Origin: a virus
IMG/VR virus record: IMGVR_UViG_3300032268_000973
Span: 1 to 64,000 of that record
Strand: one strand, 5' to 3'
Length of the DNA: 64,000 nt
Under the pieces are notes generated by a model. The model did not search any database and had not been told where the DNA came from. It saw only the letters and a program-made list of their open reading frames with translations. The translations under genes and the position numbers were made by a program. Below are positions 1 to 9,421 of this stretch, piece by piece; position 1 is the first letter of the stretch; each line of letters starts with the position of its first letter.

Positions 1-210
1 GGTAGTAGTGGTACGTCAGGAACAAGTGGTAGTAGTGGGACCTCAGGTAGTAGTGGTACGTCAGGAACAAGTGGTAGTAGTGGTACGTCAGGAACAAGTG
101 GTAGTAGTGGGACCTCAGGTAGTTCGGGATCAAGTGGCACATCAGGAAGTAGTGGTTCTTCAGGCTCAAGTGGAAGTTCAGGAACTAGTGGAACGTCTGG
201 AACAAGTGGT
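1..210 (+). repeat. Coding tandem repeat, Gly-Ser/Thr-Ser triplets (9-nt unit, with 27-nt and 18-nt higher-order units)
   Basis: GGTAGTAGTGGTACGTCAGGAACAAGT occurs at 1, 46 and 73. GGTAGTAGTGGGACCTCA occurs at 28 and 100. The repeat degenerates after about 118. Confidence 0.95.
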
Positions 211-1386
211 ACATCTGTTGCAGTATCGGGTACTCAAAACACAGTTGTTAAGTTTACAAGTTCTACAACTATCGGAAATAGTCAGATATTTGATGATGGG
301 ACTAATATTGGAATAGGAACCGTGATTCCTGTTGCTAAACTAAGTATCGAAGGTACGGGTTCAACGTATTCAACACCAGCATCAAGTAATGTTCCTGGTA
401 TTTATATCTATAATACAACAGAAAATACTTCTGCAAATGTATTCTTAGCATTAAGGACGACAGGTGCTGGAGGTGGGGACCCAATTCTTTCTTGGGATAT
501 TGGGGGTGTTATTGGTTGGAGCGCAGGTATTGACAATTCAGATGGTGACAAGTTTAAAATATCAAATACTTGGTCTGACTTAACGAGTCTTACAAGATTC
601 ACGATTGATGGTTCTGGTAAAGTAGGTATAGGACAAACTTCTCCAAATTATTCATTAACAGTAAATGGGTCTATTCAAGCTGGATATATATTATTAGGAG
701 ATACAGTAAATGCAAATAATTCTACAATAGAATTTGTTACAGGGCCAAACAGTACTTCTTATGTTCCAGCTGGAGGTCAAGGCAACATAAATTATTATGG
801 CGCAGGGGGTTTAACTTTATGTTATGGTGGTGGCAACGTAATGATTGGAACTATAAACAATACTGGACAAAAGCTACAAGTTAATGGGACTGCTATCTTT
901 AATGGTAGTGTGACGGCTAGTGGAACAGGAATTTTTGGAGGTACAAATTACCTTGTAAATACTTCAACAGGTACAGGTCCTGTATATCAGAGGATACTAA
1001 ACACAGGAGGAGATGTAATATTTGGAATTGCTAGTTCAACAGGAAGTAGCTTATTACCAGGTGTAGGTAATTATGCGACAGTTTTATATAATAATACTAA
1101 TACTGATATTTCTTTTGGTACAAATCAAATCAAACGATTAACTATTGCTTCAGGAGGGAACGTGCTTCCTGGTTCGAATGGAACACAAGATTTAGGATCA
1201 TCATCATTATCTTGGGCTAATATCTACACTAATGATTTACATTTAAGTAATGAAACAAAGAAGGAGGGTAATGATATTGATGGAACAACAGGAAGTTGGA
1301 CAATTCAAGAAGGATCTGAAAAACTTTATATTATTAATAATAAAAATAACAAAAAATACTTTATTAAACTAGAAGAAATTTTATAA
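1..1386 (+). CDS. Tail fibre protein, C-terminal part (5' end lies outside the window)
   Basis: Frame 1 is open from base 1 (GSSGTSGTSGSS...) into the 322..1386 ORF. It has repeated xGIGT/NVGIG-type fibre motifs and a C-terminus (WANIYTNDLHLSNE...DGTTGSWTIQEG...KKYFIKLEEI) typical of myovirus fibre ends. A tail fibre chaperone gene lies downstream. Confidence 0.8.
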   Translation, partial: GSSGTSGTSGSSGTSGSSGTSGTSGSSGTSGTSGSSGTSGSSGSSGTSGSSGSSGSSGSSGTSGTSGTSGTSVAVSGTQNTVVKFTSSTTIGNSQIFDDGTNIGIGTVIPVAKLSIEGTGSTYSTPASSNVPGIYIYNTTENTSANVFLALRTTGAGGGDPILSWDIGGVIGWSAGIDNSDGDKFKISNTWSDLTSLTRFTIDGSGKVGIGQTSPNYSLTVNGSIQAGYILLGDTVNANNSTIEFVTGPNSTSYVPAGGQGNINYYGAGGLTLCYGGGNVMIGTINNTGQKLQVNGTAIFNGSVTASGTGIFGGTNYLVNTSTGTGPVYQRILNTGGDVIFGIASSTGSSLLPGVGNYATVLYNNTNTDISFGTNQIKRLTIASGGNVLPGSNGTQDLGSSSLSWANIYTNDLHLSNETKKEGNDIDGTTGSWTIQEGSEKLYIINNKNNKKYFIKLEEIL

Positions 1387-1387
1387 A

Positions 1388-1843
1388 ATGGCAATTTTTA
1401 ATAAAACAATTTTTGATTCAACAAGCCCAAATGGATTTGCTAAATCTTCAATGCCGATGTTGAATCATGTAGGAGAGTTTACTCTGAGAGCGGATAACCG
1501 ATATTTGGATATAAAAACAAATTATGCAACCCAATCAGCAATGTTATCCTTTTACTATTGGGGTTATCTTTACAACTCTGGAGATTTGTTTGGTATGGCG
1601 GGAACATACGCATATACTACAACATCGTTTCTTAATACATATATTCGCAATTTTGGTGTTACAACATTTATGGGACCGTATAAAACAGGTGACCCATATT
1701 ATCTTTGTTTTAAATTCGATAGGGGCGCGAGTGGATATAGTGAAGGTAAGGTAAACCTTTTTATTAATAACCATGGACTGGATCTTTCTGTCGGAGTCTT
1801 AGCTTTTGCTCAAAATAATAGTGCAAGTAATTATTATAGTTAA
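1388..1843 (+). CDS. Hypothetical protein, probably tail fibre associated
   Basis: 151 aa ORF starting 1 nt after the fibre stop, rich in Tyr/Gly/Asn beta-type sequence. Confidence 0.6.
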   Translation: MAIFNKTIFDSTSPNGFAKSSMPMLNHVGEFTLRADNRYLDIKTNYATQSAMLSFYYWGYLYNSGDLFGMAGTYAYTTTSFLNTYIRNFGVTTFMGPYKTGDPYYLCFKFDRGASGYSEGKVNLFINNHGLDLSVGVLAFAQNNSASNYYS

Positions 1844-1854
1844 AATTTAATTTT

Positions 1855-2199
1855 ATGAATGGATTTTTGAAAATTGAAAAAGAAGATGGTTCAATTGAAT
1901 ATGTGAATGAAAATTATGATGAAATGGTTCGGAATACTGTTATCGTCAACGGGCCAGTACCTGAAGACATTATATCATTGTCACACGAAGAATTAGAGAT
2001 CAAAATTTTAGAAAATCATAAAAATCTCATAAGACAAGAAAGAGATAAAAAATTATCGGAATGTGATTGGACACAAAATATTGATTCTCCTTTGAATGAA
2101 GAAAAGAAACACGAATGGAGATTATATCGACAAATATTAAGAAATTTACCATCTACTATTGTTGATATAAGTCCAATAAGTTGGCCATCTAAACCATAA
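1855..2199 (+). CDS. Tail fibre assembly chaperone
   Basis: C-terminal RQERDKKLSECDWTQ..DSPL..EKKHEWRLYRQILRNLP...ISWPSKP is the characteristic phage tail assembly chaperone motif. Confidence 0.85.
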   Translation: MNGFLKIEKEDGSIEYVNENYDEMVRNTVIVNGPVPEDIISLSHEELEIKILENHKNLIRQERDKKLSECDWTQNIDSPLNEEKKHEWRLYRQILRNLPSTIVDISPISWPSKP

Positions 2200-2235
2200 T
2201 GATAAACAAATAAAATAACTGAAATAAAAAATAAT

Positions 2236-2595
2236 ATGAAAACAATCGAACCAGTCTCAATATGGGATAACGGACAAGTATACCAAGCTAAAATTTTGAA
2301 CACGTATGCAGTAAACGTTACACTTAATACAAGTGCAACATTTTATTACGCATTATTTTCCGAATTGGAATATGGTTATATGGGGCAACAAGTAGCCCAA
2401 GGGAATCTAAATATGACAGGAGAAGCATATGCCCAATGGCAATTAGATAGTTATGCTTGGGATTGGGTTGCGTCACAATTAAATCTTACAATCACAGGAG
2501 ATTATGTAATACCATCACCAACTCCAACCGCAACTCCGCAACCAACACCTACTCCACAACCGACACCTACTCCAACATCTACCCCTAACCCATAA
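2236..2595 (+). CDS. Hypothetical protein with a C-terminal Pro/Thr repeat tail
   Basis: 119 aa, ending in PSPTPTATPQPTPTPQPTPTPTSTPNP. Confidence 0.7.
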   Translation: MKTIEPVSIWDNGQVYQAKILNTYAVNVTLNTSATFYYALFSELEYGYMGQQVAQGNLNMTGEAYAQWQLDSYAWDWVASQLNLTITGDYVIPSPTPTATPQPTPTPQPTPTPTSTPNP

Positions 2596-2669
2596 AAAAA
2601 ATTTACAATTAAAACTATTGATGTTATAAAATAATATCATTAGTTTTTATTGCAAACTAGAACGCTATT

Positions 2670-3074
2670 ATGAAATTAAAACTTATAGAAATTGCTCAAT
2701 TATTTGATGAGTTGAATGGTAAATTATTAAATAATCAAACTGGTGAAAGAAGTAAGGGATTATTATCTCATAAACTCAGTGTTAGAGTTAAGTATATTTT
2801 GGTAAATGAATTAAATAAAAAACTAACAGAATATATTAAAGAATTCGAAGAGGCTCAATTATCAATTTTTAAAGAATTAGGAACACAGGAAGAAAATAGT
2901 TATATTGTTCCCGCAGAAAAAAGAGATGAGTTACAAAATCAATTATCGGAATTATCCAATATTGAAAAGACCATTGAGGTTCCCAATATTAATGTTGAAG
3001 AATTGTTTGATATTGAGACTGAAGATTATTGGCCGATATTAATGGACAAACTTTTATCCAAGACTCAAGAGTAA
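2670..3074 (+). CDS. Hypothetical acidic helical protein
   Basis: 134 aa ORF with an A-rich initiation context, followed by a terminator-like hairpin. Confidence 0.65.
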   Translation: MKLKLIEIAQLFDELNGKLLNNQTGERSKGLLSHKLSVRVKYILVNELNKKLTEYIKEFEEAQLSIFKELGTQEENSYIVPAEKRDELQNQLSELSNIEKTIEVPNINVEELFDIETEDYWPILMDKLLSKTQE

Positions 3075-3090
3075 AAATTATAAATTTTAT

Positions 3091-3129
3091 GAAAAAGACT
3101 CATAACATAAACGTGTATGGGTTTTTTTC
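3091..3129 (+). terminator. Putative intrinsic terminator
   Basis: Imperfect stem GAAAAAGACTCATA / TATGGGTTTTTTTC downstream of the 3074 stop. Confidence 0.45.
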
Positions 3130-3208
3130 GTTTTATATGAATTGTGATTATTTCAAATATTTAGCACAAAGATTTTAATAAAAAAAAATAAATTCACATA
3201 GTTGGCAC

Positions 3209-3216
3209 TATTTATA
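3209..3216 (+). promoter_or_regulatory. TATTTATA upstream motif (candidate late promoter)
   Basis: Lies 18 nt before the ATG at 3235. The flanking 20-mer ACTATTTATAAATTAAATAA is repeated at about 59597. Confidence 0.55.
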
Positions 3217-3234
3217 AATTAAATAAAGAAAACA

Positions 3235-3897
3235 ATGGCATGTAGTAAATATACACTCACGAACACAGGTTCAACAATAGTTAACTTCAGTTACAGAAGA
3301 TGTGATGATTCACTTTGGGATTATCAAGTTGAGCTATTACAAAACCAAACTAAAAATATTTGGGTTATCGATGGCACCTATACTGTGGCACCATCTTTCA
3401 AAAACTCAATTTCTTTGGTTGATCAAGGAGCGTTTCCTCCTATTTCTGCGACAAATACACCAACACCTTCTAATACACAAACTCCGAGTCCAACAATTAC
3501 TCCAACTGAAACTCCAACTAATACTCCAACTCCAAGTGTTACAAAAACTCAAACACCAACACAAACAACTAGTGCAACTCCTACCGCAACATCTACAGAA
3601 ACACCAACTAATACCCCAACGCCAACTTCTACAGCAACTCAAACTCCAACTAACACCACAACTCCAACTAACACCACAACTCCAACTAATACCCCAACAC
3701 AAACAAACACAGGAACTCCAGCAGTCACTGCAACTCCGACAGCAACCGCAACTCCAACAAATACCCCATCACAAACAAACACAGGAACTCCAGCAATCAC
3801 CGCGACTCCGACTGCAACCGCAACTCCGACAGCAACCGCAACTCCAACAAATACCGCAACTTCGACGTTGACACCAACACCGACAACGACTTCTTAA
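3235..3897 (+). CDS. Mucin-like Thr/Pro-rich protein (small beta-type N-terminal domain plus about 145 aa of TP repeats)
   Basis: After about residue 70 the sequence is almost only T, P, N, A, S and Q repeats (TNTPTPS, TATPT). Confidence 0.85.
   Translation: MACSKYTLTNTGSTIVNFSYRRCDDSLWDYQVELLQNQTKNIWVIDGTYTVAPSFKNSISLVDQGAFPPISATNTPTPSNTQTPSPTITPTETPTNTPTPSVTKTQTPTQTTSATPTATSTETPTNTPTPTSTATQTPTNTTTPTNTTTPTNTPTQTNTGTPAVTATPTATATPTNTPSQTNTGTPAITATPTATATPTATATPTNTATSTLTPTPTTTS
3643..3858 (+). repeat. Coding tandem repeats (18-nt and 72-nt units)
   Basis: ACTCCAACTAACACCACA occurs at 3643 and 3661, with a partial copy at 3679. An imperfect 72-nt duplication starts ACAAACAAACACAGGAACTCCAGCA at 3699 and 3771. 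Confidence 0.9.
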
Positions 3898-3920
3898 AAT
3901 TAAAAAAAAATTATATATCC

Positions 3921-3950
3921 AAAACCCTCCACTTTGTCGGAGGGTTTTTT
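3921..3950 (+). terminator. Intrinsic terminator
   Basis: 10-bp stem AAAACCCTCC / GGAGGGTTTT with a T tract, 23 nt after the 3897 stop. Confidence 0.8.
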
Positions 3951-3974
3951 ATTTTATGGTAAAAATATATACTA

Positions 3975-5237
3975 ATGAAAATATTCGTTCAAATAGCATC
4001 TTACCGAGATCCTCAATTAGTTCCAACATTGAAGGACATGATTGCAAACGCCAAGAAACCTAAAAATTTAGTTTTTTCAATTGCAAGACAATTTAGTGAA
4101 ACCGATGGTTTTGACAACTTAGATGAGTTTAGAAAAGACAAAAGGTTCAAAATTTTGGACATTCCTTACCAAGAATCCAAAGGTGTTTGTTGGGCAAGAA
4201 ATATGACTCAACAACTTTATGATGGTGAAGAGTATACATTACAAATCGACTCTCATATGAGATTTGTAAAAGATTGGGATGATATTTTAATCAAAATGAT
4301 AAAAGGATTACAAAAAGATGGATATAAAAAACCATTATTGACAGGTTATGTTCCATCGTTTGATCCTGAAAACGATCCCGCTGGAAGATCACAAGACGCT
4401 TGGAGAATGGCGTTTGATAGGTTTATCCCTGAAGGTGCGGTGTTTTTCTTACCTGAAACAATTCCAGGTTGGAGAGAAATGACAAAACCCGTAACCTCAA
4501 GATTCTATTCCGCTCACTTCTGTTTTACGTTAGGTCAATTCTCAACTGAAGTACAACACAACCCCGAATACTATTTCCACGGAGAAGAAATCTCTATTGC
4601 CGCAAGAGCATATACTTGGGGATATGATTTGTTCCACCCACACATTCCTGTTATATATCACGAATACACTCGAAAGGGAAGAACAAAACAGTGGGATGAT
4701 GACAAGACTTGGGGAGAAAAAAATAAACATTCTCACCACACCAATAGAAAATTATTCGGTATGGACGGTGAAACCCAAGAGGGCCATGATGGTCCATTTG
4801 GGTTTGGTACTATAAGAACTTTACGAGAATATGAAAGATATGCTGGATTATTATTTGAAAAAAGAGCGGTGGACCAACATTGTTTAGATAAAAAATACGC
4901 ACCAAGTCCTGTGATCGAAGATGAAGAGGAATGGAAGAAAAGTTTCTCAACAATTTACAAGCATTGTATTGATGTTGGATATTCAAGTGTTCCTGAAACT
5001 GACTATGATTTTTGGGTTGTTGCATTCCACGGTCCAAATGATGAAACAATCTATAGAAGAGATGCTGACAAAAATGAAATTGCTGGGTTTATGCGAGACC
5101 CTGACAAATATTGTAAAGTTTGGAGAGAATTCCCAACTACAGTATTACCAAGTTATTGGGTAGTATGGCCTCACTCAGAGTCAAAAGGATGGTGTGATAG
5201 ATTAACAGGTCAATTAAATCACAATCACGTAAGTTAA
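3975..5237 (+). CDS. Glycosyltransferase, GlcNAc-transferase type (GT60 / Skp1 GlcNAc-transferase-like) with an extra C-terminal domain
   Basis: IFVQIASYRDP N-terminus, GVCWARN, LQIDSHMRF (DxH), FYSAHFCF and YFHGEE motifs. Confidence 0.8.
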   Translation: MKIFVQIASYRDPQLVPTLKDMIANAKKPKNLVFSIARQFSETDGFDNLDEFRKDKRFKILDIPYQESKGVCWARNMTQQLYDGEEYTLQIDSHMRFVKDWDDILIKMIKGLQKDGYKKPLLTGYVPSFDPENDPAGRSQDAWRMAFDRFIPEGAVFFLPETIPGWREMTKPVTSRFYSAHFCFTLGQFSTEVQHNPEYYFHGEEISIAARAYTWGYDLFHPHIPVIYHEYTRKGRTKQWDDDKTWGEKNKHSHHTNRKLFGMDGETQEGHDGPFGFGTIRTLREYERYAGLLFEKRAVDQHCLDKKYAPSPVIEDEEEWKKSFSTIYKHCIDVGYSSVPETDYDFWVVAFHGPNDETIYRRDADKNEIAGFMRDPDKYCKVWREFPTTVLPSYWVVWPHSESKGWCDRLTGQLNHNHVS

Positions 5238-5983
5238 TGAAATTCGCAGATATACCAAAGTTTGTTATCAACTTAGATAGAAGACCCGATAGATTAGAAT
5301 CCATTACAAAAGAAATGGAATATATCGGTTGGGACTTCGAAAGATTTGCTGCAATTGACACCAATTCCTATATGGGTATAACAAAATCTACTTTTGAGAT
5401 TATCAAAATAGCTAAAGAGAGGAAGTATCCTCGAGTTATGTTGATTGAAGATGATTGTGGGTTTATGCCTTATTCGAGAGATTTGTTAAATCAAATTGAA
5501 GAAAAATGTCCTAACTTGGAATTTGCAATGTTCAATTTAGGACCAACCCAAAATAGACCAATCAATGTTAGTAAGGATTATGATATTCTTTATGATATGA
5601 CGAATACCCCTGAAGCTCCACCAGATGCTAGAGGAATATTTGGTGCTAATATGGTGATCTATGATGAGTCAATTTATGACAAGATTTTTGATATCGCATT
5701 AACAGCGTTCACTAATAGTGGAGAATACTTTTTTGCCCTTGATGATTATACCTATAGGTTCATTGTTGACAAACATCAAAGTTATTGCCCAATATTACCA
5801 GTCGCTCCACAAAAAACAAATTATTCAAATATTTCTGAAGGTGTGTATAACAATTGGTATATGCAAACTTATAATTGGAATAGATGGACCCCAATAAAAA
5901 TTCCGAACGAATATATGGATCAATATAAAGTTCAGGAAATGAAAGATAGAAACGAACACCACAAATTTTATTATGTCAGTTAA
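5237..5983 (+). CDS. Glycosyltransferase, GT25-like
   Basis: FVINLDRRPDRLE, FERFAAID and MLIEDD motifs. Coupled to the upstream gene through TAATG. Confidence 0.8.
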   Translation: MKFADIPKFVINLDRRPDRLESITKEMEYIGWDFERFAAIDTNSYMGITKSTFEIIKIAKERKYPRVMLIEDDCGFMPYSRDLLNQIEEKCPNLEFAMFNLGPTQNRPINVSKDYDILYDMTNTPEAPPDARGIFGANMVIYDESIYDKIFDIALTAFTNSGEYFFALDDYTYRFIVDKHQSYCPILPVAPQKTNYSNISEGVYNNWYMQTYNWNRWTPIKIPNEYMDQYKVQEMKDRNEHHKFYYVS

Positions 5984-6854
5984 ATTTATCACATCAATTT
6001 ATAGTGATCTTTATGGAACGGAGTATGGAGGACGAATAAATAGAGGAGGTCACTATAGATTTAGTTTATTGTCATTACTCAAAATGAGTAATGCAGATTT
6101 TTTATGTTACACATCAGACCGAGAACTTGATTCTTTAAAGACTTTTTTTTACGAAGAAAACAATATTTCTGAAGATAAACTCAAATTTAAAGTTTTTGAT
6201 ATATCTCAGACAAAATTTAGAGACCTAATTAACGAGTTAAAGAATATTGAAGATACAAAAAAATCGGATAGATGTATTGAAATTCAATATTCCAAATTCC
6301 ATTGGTGGGACAATGAAGATCGATCTTATGATTATTACTATTGGATCGATGCGGGACTTTCTCACTGTGGTTTGATTCCTTTAAAATACTTGACTGATGA
6401 AGGTTTGGTAAGAAGATATTACGAGAGTTCCCTTTTTAATAACGAATTTTTAAAAAATTTGATTGAAGATACTGGTGATAAATTCTTAATACTCGGAAAA
6501 GAAAATGATAGAAATTTTTGGTCAGGGACTGTTGATCGAAAATGGTATAAAGAATATGATAGAAGTTTACACATTATCGGTGGACTATTCGGTGGACATA
6601 AAAGTAAGTGGGATGAAATAGTAAAATTGTTTGAGACTTATGCTGAGAACATTATGAGGACTGATCAAGGAATACCTCACGAGGAACACATTATGTCACT
6701 AATGTATTTTAACCATAAAGAATTATTTGAGAGAAAACATTTTGATATTTGGTGGTGTAGAGATAATGCACCAAGAGGAACATCAGAAGAACTTTTCGAA
6801 CAAAATAAAAGTTTTTATAAAATTTTAGAAGAATTCAACAGAATATATGAGTAA
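5973..6854 (+). CDS. HtrL/YibB (WlaTC)-like glycosyltransferase
   Basis: YSKFHW, YYWIDAGLSH, IIGGLFGG and HEEHIMS motifs. Overlaps the upstream gene. Confidence 0.6.
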   Translation: MSVKFITSIYSDLYGTEYGGRINRGGHYRFSLLSLLKMSNADFLCYTSDRELDSLKTFFYEENNISEDKLKFKVFDISQTKFRDLINELKNIEDTKKSDRCIEIQYSKFHWWDNEDRSYDYYYWIDAGLSHCGLIPLKYLTDEGLVRRYYESSLFNNEFLKNLIEDTGDKFLILGKENDRNFWSGTVDRKWYKEYDRSLHIIGGLFGGHKSKWDEIVKLFETYAENIMRTDQGIPHEEHIMSLMYFNHKELFERKHFDIWWCRDNAPRGTSEELFEQNKSFYKILEEFNRIYE

Positions 6855-8523
6855 TATAACTTTAGTTACAGGTATTTGGGATATTGGAAGAGGAGACCTT
6901 ACAGAAGGTTGGAGTCGTTCATATCAACATTATTTAGATAAATTTGAACAACTTTTAAAGGTTGAAGAAAACCTTATAATTTTTGGAGATGAAGAACTTA
7001 AATCTTTTGTCTTTGAGAGAAGAAGTGTAAACAATACTCAGTTTATCACCAGACCTCTTAGTTGGTTTACAAGTTCAGAATTTTTCCCTTTGATCCAAAA
7101 AATTAGAACTAATTCAGATTGGTATAACCAAGTTGGTTGGTTGAAAGAATCTACACAAGCTAGATTAGAAAATTATAATCCATTGGTCATGTCAAAGATG
7201 TTTCTTTTACATGATGCAAAGATTATGGATCAGTTTGATTCTGAATACATGTTTTGGATTGATGGTGGTCTTACAAATACAGTTCATCCAGGTTATTTCA
7301 CTCACGACAAAGTGTTGAATAATTTATCAAAATACATTTCAAAATTTTCTTTTGTTTGTTTCCCATACGATGCTGAAAGGGAAGTTCACGGATTTGAATA
7401 TAACAAATTGAATGAACTTGCTGGAGCTAAAGTAAATAAGGTTGCTCGTGGTGGATTTTTTGGTGGACCAAAACACACCATTGGAGATATGAATGGAATT
7501 TATTATGGATTGTTGAAGACCACGTTATCCGAAGGATATATGGGAACTGAAGAATCTATTTTCAGTTTGATGTGTTATAAGCACTCTGACATGGTAAATT
7601 ATTTTGAAATAGAATCTAATGGGTTGGTTGGAAGATTTTTTGAAGATTTGAAAAATGATTCTTTAAAAGTGAAAAACGAAACTTCTGTACAGGTTGTAAA
7701 TAATTTGGATACAAACAAAGTTGGATTGTATGTTATAACATTTAATAGTCCAAAACAATTCAAAACTTTAATTGAGTCTATGTTGGCTTACGACAAAGAT
7801 TATCTAAATAAAACTAGTAAATTTTTATTAGATAACTCAAGTGATTTATCAACTACCGAAGAATACTCGGTTATTTGCAAAGAGTTTGGGTTTGAACATA
7901 TTAAAAAAGATAATTTGGGGATTTGTGGTGGTAGACAATGGGTTGCAGAACATTTCCAAAATGAAACTGATTTAGACTACTATTTGTTTTTTGAAGATGA
8001 TATGTTCTTTTATCCAAATGAAGGAACCGTTTGCCGAAATGGATTCAATAGATTTGTTCCAAATCTTTATAGTAAGTCGCTAGAGATTATTAAAAAAGAA
8101 AACTTTGATTTCCTAAAACTTAATTATTCTGAATTTTATGGTGATAATGGAACTCAGTGGTCGTGGTATAATGTTCCACAACACGTGAGAACTGAATTTT
8201 GGCCTGGTAAACCAAGATTACCTGAAATGGGTTTAGACCCTAACGCACCTAAGACACAATTCAACAAAGTATTGTCACACAAAGGATTACCGTATGCTGC
8301 GGGTGAGGTATACTATTGCAATTGGCCTCAGATTGTTAGCAGAACAGGAAATCAAAAAATGTTTTTAGACACAACTTGGGCTCACCCATACGAACAGACT
8401 TGGATGTCTCATATGTATCAATTGGTTAAAAAAGGTGAATTGAATCCCGCATTGTTATTATTAACACCAACGGAACACGATAGATTTGAACATTACGAGA
8501 GGGGGCTTCGTAAAGAGTCATAA
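6847..8523 (+). CDS. Two-domain glycosyltransferase: HtrL/YibB-like N-terminal domain plus GT-A (GT2-like) C-terminal domain
   Basis: ITLVTGIWDIGR, MFWIDGGL, RGGFFGG and MGTEESIF in the first half. LLDNSSD, NLGICGGRQW and YLFFEDD (DxD-type) in the second half. Confidence 0.7.
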   Translation: MSNITLVTGIWDIGRGDLTEGWSRSYQHYLDKFEQLLKVEENLIIFGDEELKSFVFERRSVNNTQFITRPLSWFTSSEFFPLIQKIRTNSDWYNQVGWLKESTQARLENYNPLVMSKMFLLHDAKIMDQFDSEYMFWIDGGLTNTVHPGYFTHDKVLNNLSKYISKFSFVCFPYDAEREVHGFEYNKLNELAGAKVNKVARGGFFGGPKHTIGDMNGIYYGLLKTTLSEGYMGTEESIFSLMCYKHSDMVNYFEIESNGLVGRFFEDLKNDSLKVKNETSVQVVNNLDTNKVGLYVITFNSPKQFKTLIESMLAYDKDYLNKTSKFLLDNSSDLSTTEEYSVICKEFGFEHIKKDNLGICGGRQWVAEHFQNETDLDYYLFFEDDMFFYPNEGTVCRNGFNRFVPNLYSKSLEIIKKENFDFLKLNYSEFYGDNGTQWSWYNVPQHVRTEFWPGKPRLPEMGLDPNAPKTQFNKVLSHKGLPYAAGEVYYCNWPQIVSRTGNQKMFLDTTWAHPYEQTWMSHMYQLVKKGELNPALLLLTPTEHDRFEHYERGLRKES

Positions 8524-8528
8524 CAGTA

Positions 8529-8535
8529 TATTTAT
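8529..8535 (+). promoter_or_regulatory. TATTTAT motif 4 nt before the ATG
   Basis: Same motif as before other structural genes. Confidence 0.4.
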
Positions 8536-8539
8536 TGTT

Positions 8540-8920
8540 ATGGAATTTTATATAAAAAAGAACGCAACTCTACCTGTTTTAAAAATGCAGGTGGTAAAAG
8601 ACGGAAGAGCAGGTTACCAACAACTCATGGAAGACCTTGAGGTCTCGACTATATTTTTTACTATGATTGATGTTGAAACTGGTATCCCGAAAATTGTATC
8701 AGCACCTTGTCAAATTGTTAGTCTAATTCTACCTGAAGAAGGAGCTGCGACCGAATACTATATTTATTTCAAGTTCACTTCAAGGGACACAAATACCCCT
8801 GGTAGATATCAGGGTCAATTTTTAATTAGAAATGATGAGGGTAGTTTAATACTACCAATTAGGGAAGAATTATACATAAATATTCAAGATAGTTTCATAT
8901 CAGAAACAGCATGTTGTTAA
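8540..8920 (+). CDS. BppU-like Ig/beta-sandwich structural protein (start reassigned from 8486 to 8540)
   Basis: MEFYIKKNATLPVLKMQV...DTNTPGRYQGQF pattern. The 8486 start would overlap the upstream GT by 38 nt. Confidence 0.55.
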   Translation: MEFYIKKNATLPVLKMQVVKDGRAGYQQLMEDLEVSTIFFTMIDVETGIPKIVSAPCQIVSLILPEEGAATEYYIYFKFTSRDTNTPGRYQGQFLIRNDEGSLILPIREELYINIQDSFISETACC

Positions 8921-8923
8921 TAT

Positions 8924-9421
8924 ATGAAACTAACCCGACTATTATCCGATTTAATTTTAGAGCAAGTAAAACCTGATGGGTCACTACCTATTGTAAGTTT
9001 TGTTCATAATAAATTTTTAATAAATTTATCCGCAACATACCATCAATGGAACCAACGACAAGGAAATAAATCTCTTGACGAAATTGTGGAAATTTACGAT
9101 TATAATTTTGTAAACAATCCAAAATTTTACGAAAGAGTCGGAGCCCCCAATAAATTAATTGGAAGTATTTTTATTGACGACTTTGATAAAATAAAAAATA
9201 AAATGTCAAAGTTAGATTTAGTAAGACCAAATAATACTATTTCAGTAATCAAAGAAGTAGGAGATGATTTGGGTTTACCGTATTTTATGAATTATTTGGA
9301 GTTCATTGTGTTGGCGGATGATTTGAAAAACTTTAAAATTATCACCTCAGCATTTTCAACAGATGGTTCTTATTTGAGGACATTTAAGGGAAACTTAAAT
9401 AGCCCAAAACTTTTCTTATAG
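8924..9421 (+). CDS. Hypothetical protein with an N-terminal LILEQ motif
   Basis: 165 aa AT-rich ORF beginning MKLTRLLSDLILEQ. Confidence 0.65.
   Translation: MKLTRLLSDLILEQVKPDGSLPIVSFVHNKFLINLSATYHQWNQRQGNKSLDEIVEIYDYNFVNNPKFYERVGAPNKLIGSIFIDDFDKIKNKMSKLDLVRPNNTISVIKEVGDDLGLPYFMNYLEFIVLADDLKNFKIITSAFSTDGSYLRTFKGNLNSPKLFL

Noticed and set aside
1-117. CRISPR-like appearance of the exact 27/18-nt repeats
   Set aside because: The repeats are contiguous with no unique spacers, have codon periodicity and lie in a coding frame.
8-316. 102 aa Val/Gln-rich ORF in the ORF track
   Set aside because: It is an out-of-frame shadow of the GSS/GTS repeat. Frame 1 is open from base 1 into the tail fibre ORF.
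322-2199. Diversity-generating retroelement targeting the tail fibre
   Set aside because: No reverse transcriptase and no template/variable repeat pair are visible in this window.
3302-3871. Gln/Leu-rich 189 aa ORF and the Cys/Trp-rich antisense ORF 3406..3702
   Set aside because: Both are alternative-frame readings of the Thr/Pro repeat gene.
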